A stretch of 63,505 nucleotides of DNA, filler included, from Folioceros fuciformis (Eukaryota): the NCBI GenBank assembly GCA_049999805.1. It is 8 parts of 8 records of this genome, joined end to end, with 100 filler letters (N's around TTAATTAATTAA, not from the genome) between each part and the next. Parts side by side here need not be neighbours in the genome. Positions count along the whole stretch, not along the records: positions 35,103 to 41,622 come from JBNGIO010005335.1; positions 41,723 to 62,221 come from JBNGIO010005337.1; 6 more parts are not named here. One strand, given 5' to 3'. The position numbers and the translations under genes are program-made. A model generated the notes under the pieces. It saw only the letters and a list, made by a program, of their open reading frames with translations, had not been told where the DNA came from and made no database searches. Every line of letters starts with the position of its first letter. Position 1 is the stretch's first letter. This document shows positions 35,822 through 47,501 of this stretch, one piece after another.

Positions 35822-38800
35822 TCACGTATCGGTAGTGGGCATGGAAAATGCCCTCAGCCCAAGGGCTTCTAAGTGTTTGTAATGCTTCTCCTTGGACAGA
35901 CCCTTAGTAAAGATGTCAGCAGTGTTTTCATCTGTTGCCACATAGCTAACCTTAACAATTTCACCCTCGACAACATCCCTGATATAATGGTGTTGTATTA
36001 CGATATGTTTCGTTCTTGCGTGAAATTTAGGATTAGCTACAAGCTTAGACAGGAAGGTACGCTCCCACTCAGCCTCTTTTGAGGCTTCTGTTAAGCTTTT
36101 ATACTCTATCTCTGTCGATGATAAAACTTCTGACGTTTGCTTTTTACACCTCCAATTAATAGCAACTAAAGACAATAGGAAACAATATGTGGAAAGGCTC
36201 CGACGAGATTCTGTACCGGATGCCCAATCTGCATTCGTGAATCCTCTGAGTGTAAGCTTTCCTTCATTACTACTTCTATAAGCAAGTCCATATGATTGTG
36301 CCCCTTTTAGATAGCGAAAGACACGTTTGACTACTGTCCAGTGTACCCTGCCTGGATTTTCCAGGAATTGAAACAAGGTGCTGACTGAATACTGTATGTC
36401 TGGGCGTGTTCAGTTAGCTATAAATATCAAACTTCCAATCGCATGCCTGTACAGTACTTATGCCATCTCCCTTATTTCATTTGCTGCTTGAGGACATTGT
36501 AAACTAGTGAGCTTTGTCCCAAGGGCATAGGGAGTAGTAGAAGGTCTAGCATGTTCGAGTTTAAACCGTTTCAAAAGTTCATGAACATACTGATATTGAT
36601 GAATGAGGATTAGTTTTTCTTCCCTTACTTGTAGCAACTGGATTCCTAAGCAGAATTTTAGCTCGCCAATATCTTTTATCTCGAACTTATTACTTAGCAT
36701 CTCTTTTACCTCTGCTAATAGTGGCTGATTGTTTGTGGCAAGTATGAGATCGTCCACATACATAGCGAGGATCACATATTCGGTTCCTTTTGTCAGTTTA
36801 TAGACATTACTGTCTGTAGAACTCTGGACAAAGGAACTGCTTATAAGGTACTCATGAACGGTGAGACTCGACCACTCTATTTTAGACCATAAATGGTCTT
36901 TAGTAGCTTCAGTACTTTCTTAGGGTGTTTAGGATCCTCATAACCTTCAGGCTGTATCATATAAAGATCCTCATCCAGTGCTCCATATAAAAATGTCGTG
37001 CAGACATCCATCTGTTGTAGGTCTAGGTCGAATTTAGATGCAAGGGCAAAAATCATTCTTATGGATTGTGGTCTCACAACAGGTGAGAATGTCTCTTGAT
37101 AATCTAGTCCTTCTACCCGAGTGAATCCCCTTGCGACCAATCTAGCCTTATACCTTGCTATCTCTCCCTTCGCATTAAGCTTTAGTTTGAATACCCACTT
37201 ACAGGAGATAGGCTTTCGGTCAAGAGGTAAGTTTACCAATCTCCAAGTTTTGTTCTTTACCAGAGAATTATACTCTTTGTCAACAGCAAATTTCCATTTG
37301 TCCCTTTCAAGTCCTGAGAATGCTTCTATGAGGGATTTTGGTTCCAGATGTATAGTGCTAGATGTAGAATGGCAAATTTCTGTATATGCTGTCCTGAAGT
37401 CAATTGACTCATATCTTGGCTCTTTTCATTGTTATGGTGGAGGGCGATTCCTTGTTGACCTTCGCAAAGGAGGATCTCAATCCTCATTAGGAACAACAGG
37501 AGCATGGTCTTCATCATCTCCTTCAGGCACATATAACTNNNNNNNNNNNNNNNNNNNNNNNNNNNNNNNNNNNNNNNNNNNNNNNNNNNNNNNNNNNNNN
37601 NNNNNNNNNNNNNNNNNNNNNNNNNNNNNNNNNNNNNNCATATAACTCGTCATTCAATGCTCCCTCAGCTTTGTCAACAGCTGGGTTTATGGGTGGATCA
37701 CCTTGATTTGGATCAGGAATGATAGCTTGTGGTTAATCAGGTACTAATACAAAAGGAGAAAGTATTGGGTCAACTGGCTGACCAAGCTGAGGAGATGGTT
37801 GGGTCACTAGCCGACCAACCTGTACATCTTCCTCATCCTGAGATTCATCCATTGGAAAATGAGAAGTATTTTCCCCTGTCTCACGTAAAGTTACTCCCTC
37901 AACTTCGGAAAACCCTATTGGTTTATCAACCTCAAAAAAGGTAACAGTACGTGCTAACACTACCCGCCTATTCTCATGATCGTATAGTTTGTATACTTTG
38001 GACTATTCACTATAGCCAACGAAGACAAGTGCTTGGGCTCTCGGATCTAGTTTCTTTCTCTTCTCCTCTGGGATGAGAGCAAAAGGACGAGAACCAAATA
38101 CTTGTAAGTGCAGCAAATTAGGTTTTTGTTTCTAGAATGCTTCATATGGGGTCTTGGAAGGAACGGAGCTAGTGAAAAGTCGATTCAGGATGTATGTAGC
38201 AGAAACAATAGCTTCAGCCCAATACTCCTGAGGTAAGTTTGCCCATAACAACATACTCCTAGTCATAGGCAATAGAGTTTGATTTTTCTACTCTGCCACT
38301 CCGTTCTGTTGTGGTGTGTAAGGGACTGTGAGTTGACACTGAATCCCCCTCTCTTGGAAGAGTGTATCAAAAGCATAGTTCAGGAATTCTGTTCCATTGT
38401 CAATCCGGATGTATTTAACGAAATGTCCTGTCTGTTTTTCAGCCATCAGCAGCCATTCTCAAAAAAGCTCGAAGGTGTCACTCTTCAGTTGCATTGGATA
38501 TGTCCAAGTGTACGAGAGTAATAATTTGTGATGCATAGGTAATATATGGAACCTCCCAGAGATGGGATTTGTATTTTTCCAAATAAATCTACATGCACTA
38601 GTTCTAACACATTCGTGGCTCTATAGGATGCTGCAATTGGAAAAGGATGAGCCTTCTGTTTTGCAACAATGCAGGCTTCACAAGGCGGCAGGTCCTTAAA
38701 GACTTGAGGTAAGGTTTCTAAATGACACTCTTGTAGCGACATGTCTACCAGTTTTCGTTTATTAACATGACCAAGCTTGGCATGCCACAGGACAACAAGG

Positions 38801-40284
38801 CGTTGGGAATGTTTGGAGACTAAGCTTGCCTTATGACGAAGGGTACAGATATCAAGTCTATAGAGATCATGATCAAGTGTACCTTTGAACACCAGCATGG
38901 ATGGATTTGACCTTTTGTAGAAAAGACAAATGTCCTCACTGGCTTTCATGTTATATATGCGCAATTGCATCTGCTTGCTAAGAGAAAACAAATTCTTGGC
39001 CATGGAGGGTACATAGAGAACGCCATCCAAGGTAAGAATTGATCCATCGTGAAGTGTGAACTTGCACGTCCCACAGCTTAGAATAGGGAGACTGGAATGG
39101 TTCCTTTCATCTCCCAGCAGAACTCTTTCAGCTGTGTGATCAGCTTTTAGCATATAGAACTGATCCTTGTTTTTGCAGATGTGTTACGTGGCACTAGAGT
39201 CTAAATACCAGCCATCCTCATCACTTATGGATCTAGCGAGGCAGACTGTAAGTATCTTCATCGCTGGTTTGGTGTCACCTATGTTCTTCTCCTTAATCGC
39301 AATAGTTGCGGTATTCTTAGGAGTTCTTTGAGGTTCTCCTGCCTTCTTCTTCTTGCATTCTCGAGCCCAATGACTGGCTATGCCACACCAGTTGCAATTT
39401 CCAGGTCGCTTAGATGGGCCAGAGAAATCAAAAGTTTGCACAGGTTTACCTCATGCCTTGCCTTTTCCTTTGAATGTCCTATGATTTGTTGCTAATGCCT
39501 TCTCTGTTTTGCTCTTAGGAGCTCCCATCGAAAACATTTTGCTCTGCTCTTCCTGGTACAAGGCACCGATTACCTCTTCAAGGATGATGGTGCTTACACT
39601 TCCAGCAGCAACAGCAGCATGTGCTGTTCACATAGGGCCATTCTGGTTAGTAATAAATGAATGGTACGAAGGTGGTAGTCTAGTGAGGAGCTCAGCAATA
39701 GCATCCACTTCACCGATCTTGGTTCCAGTGAGTGATGCAATTTGAGCTTTTAGGTGTCGAAACTTGCTTGCGAAGTTCGATACCTTTTCTCCCTCTCTCA
39801 TCTTTAGATTATAGAATTCATGTTTCACTGCTCACAAGGTTAACACGTTTGTGACCTTGTTGTAGGTCTTCTCCAACTGTGACCATATCTCATAAGCGTT
39901 TTCCAGGAATTCAACTTTTGGTACAAGGTCAGCATCCATGCCTCCAATTAGTAGAGCAATGGCTATGCCATTGAGCTCATCCCACTCAGCAATCTGATAT
40001 GTTGTTGGGGCTAGATTTGCATTGGGATCCAGTTTATTTAAAGTCCCATCCACAATTTTCCATACGCGTCGAGCTATCAAGGTAGCCTTTACTCGGATTC
40101 GCCAAACTGGGTACCTTGTGCCATTGAAGCGATCTTTCTCCTTCAGTTCTGACATGTATGTTGCCTTAGCAGGAGAGGTGGCCATTACTACAGGCTGGTA
40201 AATGTTGACAGCAAGCTGTATGAAACTTAGGCTTTGGGACTGACTAATGAAGGCGTTTATGGATGCAGCAGAACCTGCGAACAT
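35822..40284 (-). pseudogene. Copia-E gag-pol pseudogene
   Basis: Co-linear fragments with copia motifs and many stops. Confidence 0.9.
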
Positions 40285-40753
40285 AAGATCTTAACAAGGT
40301 AACTAAAGTTATGGCCTTAGTGACACAGGTTAGTAGGTTAAGCCCACTAGATCTCTTTTCCTTTTTTATTATTTTTGTTCTAACACTAGCATGACAAGCT
40401 AGGATAAGAGGGGAAGGATGAGTTCGAGGGGGAGGGGATACTTAAGTATTCTTGCCTCTTCGTACTCGTCCTCCATTTCATATCCCGTCTATTAATACTT
40501 AGTTTAGACTAATAACGTTTCGTAAGGTATGTATGAAAACATGACTTAATTAATTAATTTTAAAAAAGAGCATGTTCTTTCCGCTGAACCCTAACAGTCA
40601 CTTCTTGGTGTCTCTTCAAGTGGACCAATAGCATTATGAGGGATGCAAAAAATGCTAAGGGACACCTCTATGATTGTGACTCTTCAGATCTGTGGCTTTT
40701 GCAACGCCGGGTGTGGGCGCCTTCGGCTCTCCAACAGCGAAAGCAAGGAAAGG

Positions 40754-41239
40754 TCATCGAATCTGTGAAGATATGTTGCAATTGGCGGCAAATCCTCTTA
40801 GATTCATATTCTGTAGAAGAACAACAATGCTCTTCATATCTTCCTTTATTTGTTCTGATTCCACAATTGCTGTATGCTCAAGAAAATTTCTTATATCTTC
40901 AACGTTGCTCAGAATCTCTTCTTGACTCTGTAGCAACAAAGATTGAATTTTCTCCACCTGCCTTAGCACAGCCAATTGTCTGTAAACCACGTTGGTTAGA
41001 ATCACTTCTGATGATCGTTCTGTTTGTGGTGCAGTTGGATATGCCGCTTGACGAATTGGGTGTGGGCAAGGTGGAGGTGTATTCCTTCTCCTTTCGCAGC
41101 AATGTGAGGTCTGTCTCCCTCTTTGCCAATCAATTTTTGAATATCTAGCATGTGCAGAATTTCTTCTCACATCTTGTCTCTGTCCAAACAGGTGGTTAGG
41201 TTGGGGGCCACCTCTCCAGTTTGTAGACTTTCGAGGCAT
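40754..41239 (-). CDS. Copia-E accessory ORF0, 161 aa (extends to 40655 if the TGA is a mutated CGA)
   Basis: MPRKSTNWR start; coiled coil aligns with Copia-B ORF0. Confidence 0.68.
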   Translation of the reverse strand: MPRKSTNWRGGPQPNHLFGQRQDVRRNSAHARYSKIDWQRGRQTSHCCERRRNTPPPCPHPIRQAAYPTAPQTERSSEVILTNVVYRQLAVLRQVEKIQSLLLQSQEEILSNVEDIRNFLEHTAIVESEQIKEDMKSIVVLLQNMNLRGFAANCNISSQIR

Positions 41240-41905
41240 TGTGCTTGCTGCTGTTTCATCTCCCAGACAGGAAGTGAGAACTTAGTTTGTTCATTTTTCT
41301 CAGCAATTTGGCTGCTCTCTCATGGATTGCTAATGCATGCTTCTCGTATTTCTATACAGCAGCATGTTTGCTAATTTTAGCAGACTAAGTGCGGGTTGCA
41401 ATGGCTGCATCGAATGGCACAGAGGGATTAGGCTCTGATTCCATGTAAACTATCAGAAGATAGTCATTTAGCATAAAAATATGAAAGAGAGCCAGGAGGC
41501 TGAGACTTTGTGTACAATACTATATATGTGTATATCTTTAGTGTTTTAAAAACAAAACTTTGTCAATATGTATAGGCAACCCTAAGGGTATGACCCTTGA
41601 ATATAATTTAACCTAAGCAGGTNNNNNNNNNNNNNNNNNNNNNNNNNNNNNNNNNNNNNNNNNNNNTTAATTAATTAANNNNNNNNNNNNNNNNNNNNNN
41701 NNNNNNNNNNNNNNNNNNNNNNCGTAAGATATATCTTAGAAAACTCTGATATATGAGAAACGCTTGTTAGACATTTCTCAGACACCCCACGTACCTTTCA
41801 AAAATATAAAACCTAAGATACATTGATTAAACGTGTCTCAGACACAAGATGTCGTAAGCCTTGAAACCTAAGATACGCTAATTAGACGTGTCTTAGAAAT
41901 CTAAT

Positions 41906-41917
41906 GCTCTGATACCA
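41906..41917 (-). promoter_or_regulatory. Relic tRNA-iMet PBS of another LTR element
   Basis: GCTCTGATACCA is the reverse complement of TGGTATCAGAGC; adjacent LTR end is not canonical. Confidence 0.5.
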
Positions 41918-42227
41918 AGCCCTAGTGAACCATATAATGGCTATACATGCTACACAAGAGCGTCACAACCACAAAGATGCTCAAAAAAGGTCTCTACAAC
42001 AGAGCAACACCTTACATGCATCTTGCATCAGGTGGAAGAATCAAATACAATAGAAACTCACCAAGGTATCCATTGAAATATACAAGGCATCCACATATAG
42101 TACATAAATCTAGCGTTACGTAATAAAAAAATCACAGCACCTAAGATCAATTTTGTGACGTGGGTGAATACTCGAACAAAATACGATTATCCATTGATGG
42201 TATTGAGCAGAGCAATAGCCGAAGCTT

Positions 42228-42357
42228 GTTGTTGAGCTAGTACAATAGGGTCCATTGTGTGGCCGTCTCGAACTTCTTCAATTGCCGGACCTTATTGTTG
42301 AGCTAGTACAATAGGGTCCATTGTGTGGCCGTCTCGAACTTCTTCAATTGCCGGACC
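42228..42357. repeat. Tandem duplication of ~65 bp
   Basis: TTGTTGAGCTAGTACAATAGGGTCCATTGTGTGGCCGTCTCGAACTTCTTCAATTGCCGGACC occurs twice. Confidence 0.9.
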
Positions 42358-43994
42358 GCACAAGCTTGTTTAACCACATATGCATGACAAGAATAATGGC
42401 CGACGAGGTTCGCGGGCTCGTCGATAGACGGTGAGGGGACGACCCTTATAATAAGAAGGGGGCATCCTAAGAACAAGGCGGATTACCTGATGTCTACTAA
42501 GGAAACTAGTAGCTAGATTTATCCCATAGTGCTTATCTTGATTGTCAGAACGCACGCATTCTCCACGTGAATGAAAGGAGCCTGAACTGGTGATTGTGAA
42601 AGAGTGTCAGGGTANNNNNNNNNNNNNNNNNNNNNNNNNNNNNNNNNNNNNNNNNNNNNNNNNNNNNNNNNNNNNNNNNNNNNNNNNNNNNNNNNNNNNN
42701 NNNNNNNNNNNNNNGCTTTATAGATGATGTTTAGTAACCCAATAGGTGGATCCTCGAGAATGGAGAGTAGGCTATGTGTATTTTGTGAAAAAGTGTCCAT
42801 GACAACTGTGCGGTCTCAATGGCGCGACACTCACCTACAAGTCTAGCATATACCCTTTCTCGAAATGCACTTATTTCTCTCTCGATGTTTTCCCAAAGTG
42901 TTTGATTCTCACAGCACATGTGATTCCTCCAATTCATGCAACTTGTATGTTGTTACAATCTAGTGAGAGAAAATTCTTAGACTTTGAAGCCTAAACTCTA
43001 AATGTATATTCTCGTGTGGAAGGAAAAGTGATACAAGAGATAATGACCTCCTTCGTAGTTGAAAAGTGGGATTGGAGTGGGGAAAGAAATGAGATGGAAT
43101 CATTCGTGCCCTTAGAGAGGTTAGCTCTCTTTTGTTAAATCTGTTACTAGAGCAAGGTTACTCCCACTTTCTAGCCTTGGAAGCTCAATCAGGTAGGTAA
43201 TAGTGTGTTTGCTCTAGTGTGTGTTTCTCAAGGGGACATCTTGCACTGCCCCTTTATACCTTTGTAATTGTATAAGTAGTGAAAGGTGTCACAATTCGAA
43301 CTCTGTCCATGAGAAAAAAAAAAAAATGAAGTGGAGGAGAGAGATTACGAAAGACAATGCATGTAGGAGTGGATAATTCATCGTGTGGAGGTACCCTAAT
43401 GGTGCAATAGAAGTAGCAAATCAATCAAATGCTAAAAGGCTATGGGATGAAGGAACCTCGAGCCTTGGAGTTGAAGATAATAAATACAAACATCCGCGAA
43501 TATGTAGCAAGCAAGACATAAGTTAGGAAAGAGCCTCCAACCAATATATGGGACAAGATGCTACCTCAAAAGGGGATGCAAGGCACAACACAAAGTCAAG
43601 TCACCTAAGAAGGAAAAGGATGTAAAAAAGAAAACAAAACTTATCCTATCATGCATTGGGCTTCTCGAGAGAAGACAAGAAGGTTAGACCACAATGCAAA
43701 AAAAGGAGCTACATTGAGAGTTATCAGCATATAGTGAGCAACAAGAATCTTGGGGAATTCATGAGCACATCAGATGTGCTCATGATCCCATAAGAAGATA
43801 AAGGACGTGGTGTGAGGTTTGCACTCCATGATAATACTAGTGGAGACCATGACGAGAGGTATGGAAACCTTGAAGATGAGTCTCAGATAATGTGGTTCAA
43901 ATACGAAAGATGCCTTACAAGCACTTAATGTATGAATTTAGATATGTTTGAGAAGTAAAGTAGAATTTAGAAATGCTTGAAAAGTAGAAATGAT

Positions 43995-44295
43995 CTAGCA
44001 GTTTGGGTAGAGAAGTGGAAGAGATTCCACTAGTGGTTTGAACTCTTTTTATTTGGGTAGAGAACTGGAAGAGATTCCGCCAATAGTTTGGCATGGAGTT
44101 TGGACTCCTTATTTGGGTAGAGAAGTGGAAAAGATTCTACTAGCAGTTTGGCATAGAGTTTTGAACTCTCCTTATTTGGGTAGAGAAGTGGAAAAGATTC
44201 TACTAGTAGTTTAGCATGGATTTTTGGACTCTCCTTGTTTAGGTGAAGAAGTATGAACAATTCTACCAGTAGTTTGGCATAGAGTTTGGACTCCC
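43995..44295. repeat. ~60-bp degenerate tandem array
   Basis: TTTGGGTAGAGAAGTGGAAAAGATTCTACTAGCAGTTTGGCAT units, about 5 copies. Confidence 0.85.
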
Positions 44296-44779
44296 ATTGT
44301 TTTGTCATTGTGACCTTTAAATAGTGGTTGATAATTACTATTCAAAGCCAACCTATTTCATTTATAGGTTCAGAGTAGACCGAGCAATGAACGACATCGA
44401 ACACAACTAAGTATAATAAAAAAAGGGGAAGTAAGAAAGATGTCATAGTCCCATGAAATGGTAACAACAACTAACTAACTTTCATTTAAAAGGGTGGCCT
44501 TTCTGGTCACAAGGAAGTGGCCTCCCGCCTTCATCGGTTCCGGGCGCGGGATTGGGAGGCTTTATAGGTGGAGGCCGGTTGTGCCACGAGATCAAGGTTG
44601 GAATCCGCCAAGTTGCACCAGGTCCATCAGGCAAAGGCACGTCTCAAGAGGTGTCTTTTACTTGGTCGGGCGGGGGAGTTTGCAAGAGCCGCCGAGGCCC
44701 TTCGGCCAGAGCCAATGGTGTCGCTCTTGAAGGAGTCCATCGCCGCCCTCTGTGCTTTGCATCTAGGCTTTCCAAATTG

Positions 44780-46050
44780 GTCTATTGTTGATGGTATTGA
44801 GGTTTATTCTCAAAATGGTCCCCTAGCATAACTGTCTAGGAGGCAAAGGAATTCAAAAGCTCTCATACTTTTAATTGGATCTATTGAAGATTGTTGTCTT
44901 GGCCAACTTATGACTACTACACTAGAGGTGTGGCAGGTGTTGCTTTCTTCTTATGAGTTGCGTGGCTCGGTGCACTCTCAAGCCAATCTTGCTCAACTTA
45001 TGGATTTCAAGATGGGGGCGTCTTAATCAGTTAAGGACTTCATTGATCAATTTACTTCTCTCATTGTTGATTATCAAGCTTCTGGGTTGGAGGTGTCTAT
45101 GGAAATGCCAATTTTCCATCTTCTTCGAGCATTGCCTTCTTCTAATGAGGCTTTCAAATTGTCGTTTAATAATGGTTCTCTTCCACTTACTATTGAAGCT
45201 TTACGAGAGTTATTGCTCATTGAGGAGTTACGATGGAAAAAGATACGATATGATGCTAGTCCACATGAGGCCTTGCTTGGTTATCATGCGAAAAGGCAAC
45301 TTGTCTCTCATGTTTTCAATGTCATCAGCAAGTACATATTGCCTTTTCTATATTGAAGTAATCTTACTATTACTAATGTTGTGTATCCTTCTTTATCTGC
45401 TGTATCTTCTTCCTCTTCTTCCCCTTTTGAGTTTTCTCTCCTTGCTCTTTTGAGTGCTGGGAGCTTTGTTGATAGTAAGTGGCATATTGATTTTGGGGCA
45501 TCTTAACATATGACACGTCGACGAGACTTGTTTTCAACTTTTTGTCCCCAATTTGATGGTCAGCAAGTTTATCTTGGTGACAATTCTTCTCATCAGATTG
45601 CAAGTGTTGGTGATATTGGAGTTGTGGAGTTTGATGGTTCTACTACATATCTCCGTGATGTGTTGTATGTTCCTGGTTTACATAAGAATTTGTTGTTTGT
45701 TCGTGCGATGTGTCAACTTGGTTATTCTGTTGAGTTTCATTCTGACCATTGTACAATTAAACGGCTTTCTACTCAAGATGTTGTTGCTACAAGCCATATT
45801 GTTGGTCAATTATATAAGTTGGATTGCAAAGGAATTCAGCCATAGGTTAAGGGTTATTATGCAGAGTTGCCATTATAGCAATTATGACAACTCTTCTTCT
45901 ATAGGCAGCGTATATGTCTACTTTCTACACTACTAAGGAGGCTCTTTGGTTGTGTCTTCTATTACAAAAACTTGGCCATCCTCAAAAAGTGCTTAATTCT
46001 TTATATCCAGAGTTTCATCAACGTATGGGACATATCCTTGTGCCTAGTTC
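44780..46050 (+). pseudogene. Old, internally deleted copia relic of another lineage (gag, protease, RNase H remnant)
   Basis: IDFGAS*HMT...VYLGDN...DVLYVPGLHKNLL and KEALWL...FHQRMGHI. Confidence 0.75.
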
Positions 46051-46396
46051 TTCATCCTCTCCTACAGTTAAGGCTAGTGATTTAGACGTCTCCCTTATTT
46101 TGTCGCTCATAATGGCCTCTAAGCATAAGCATAACTTTTTTCTCTTGATAAATTTTTCCTTGTATGGTTCATTGGGGCTCCTCATCTAACAGTACTAATA
46201 TACAGCTGGGCGCCGTAAGCTATCATGCATGTAAGAAGAGTGATGCTGCTGGGCGGGGCCGGGCAAAGCATTGTGTTGGCCCTTCACCGAAGTGTGGATT
46301 GTATATTTCTCACAGAGAATATACAACGCGTTTAGCGGTTAAACACGGTATGGCTCCTTTTATTTAGGGTGATCGCAATAGAACGAATGTCCTGTT

Positions 46397-47501
46397 CTAC
46401 CACGGTGTCTGATTGGAGCAGTCGACGTTGTTCCCTGGAGAAACGCCGAGAATGGAGCAGTATCGGTTATAGAAACCAATGCGGTCCTGCTCACTGACGT
46501 GATTCCCACTGGGGCCGCACTCTAAGCCGCCGTTGATGATGTTTGTGGTGACTCCGAAGCCGGGGAGGCGGTTGGCGGCCTGATCGGCGCTGGAAGGGCT
46601 CCACTGTCCTACCATGACCGAGTGAGCAGACGGCTTGGGAGTCTGTGCAGTGTTCCAGAACCAGAGCGCTGTGTTCCACGATACGACATTGTCTGTTGCC
46701 ACAAGCTCTGGATTGTTGAGCAGGTCCAGGCCCAGAGCGGCTCCTGCTTGCCCGTAGTTGTAATTCCTGGCACCATAATGACATCACGCGCATTTAGTAG
46801 GCAATTCAGGGATGCATCCTCCACGCGCTAGCTAGGGAATGTAATGGTGTGGAACAAGGGCCCGAGGATTGGATGAAGGGACACGGAGCGCTAGGTCGAC
46901 GCACCAGGCTAGCTGCATGGGGCCTCGGCCGCAGTAGTTTTTGCCTGGTGCGCATGGATAGGTGGGAGAGGAGGCGCAGTACGCAGAGCAGGCAATCTCC
47001 GTTATGTAGCACAGGCCCCAAGTGTATGCGCCATCCGGAGCGCTGGCCCATCCTCCTGTCACCATAGGCATAGGCACAGGCACAACGTTCACGGTGAGCA
47101 AGTAGGTTGGAGGAAACAATCTTGTGATGCATGGACATGCGAGCAGACTTGAAGGAAGAACTTTGATGCACGCGCAATTGAGTAGGTTGGAGGAAAGAAG
47201 CCTTTGACGCATCAGACTGGGAGCCAAGGATATCTCGCTCACCGGTGGTGTCATGCGAGACTTGAGCCAAGAAAGCTGCCAGTTCTTGCCTCCTGGTGGT
47301 GTCGTCCCCGGTGTTGCCGAATTCGCTGTAGGAGGAGGCTGCGGCGATGAAGGCGTCGTAGGTGTAGAAGTTCTTTGAGGGACAGTCGCTAGTGTGGAGG
47401 AAGAATTGGTTGAACACGCTCTGGGTGATGATACTGTCCACGCCGGATCCCGTGCAGGAGCGGAGTCCGAGCTGAGGACTGCACAGGAGGAGGAGCATCA
47501 T
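46397..47501 (-). CDS. GH19 class II-type chitinase(-like) protein, 3 exons (47501-47243, 47055-46905, 46766-46397)
   Basis: [62 protein letters not shown] introns; hydrophobic N-terminus, no hevein domain. The frame is open upstream to ATG 47885. Confidence 0.93.

Larger units (their letters stand above)
35144..41622 (-). mobile_element. Ty1/copia element Copia-E, degenerate
   Basis: 5' LTR part 41444-41622; PBS TGGAATCAGAGCC 41443-41431; gag-pol fragments 40284-35822 (CNWCGIASHWAREC, WYLDSSA, YVDD, NADW/TEIE). Confidence 0.92.

Noticed and set aside
42370-42937. Minus-strand ORF fragments
   Set aside because: Short, gap-interrupted and without recognisable motifs; probably TE debris.
44030-44308. 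Repeat protein ORF (KLYAKLLVESFPLLYPNKESS)n
   Set aside because: Translation of a DNA tandem array with a non-ATG start; no evidence of coding.
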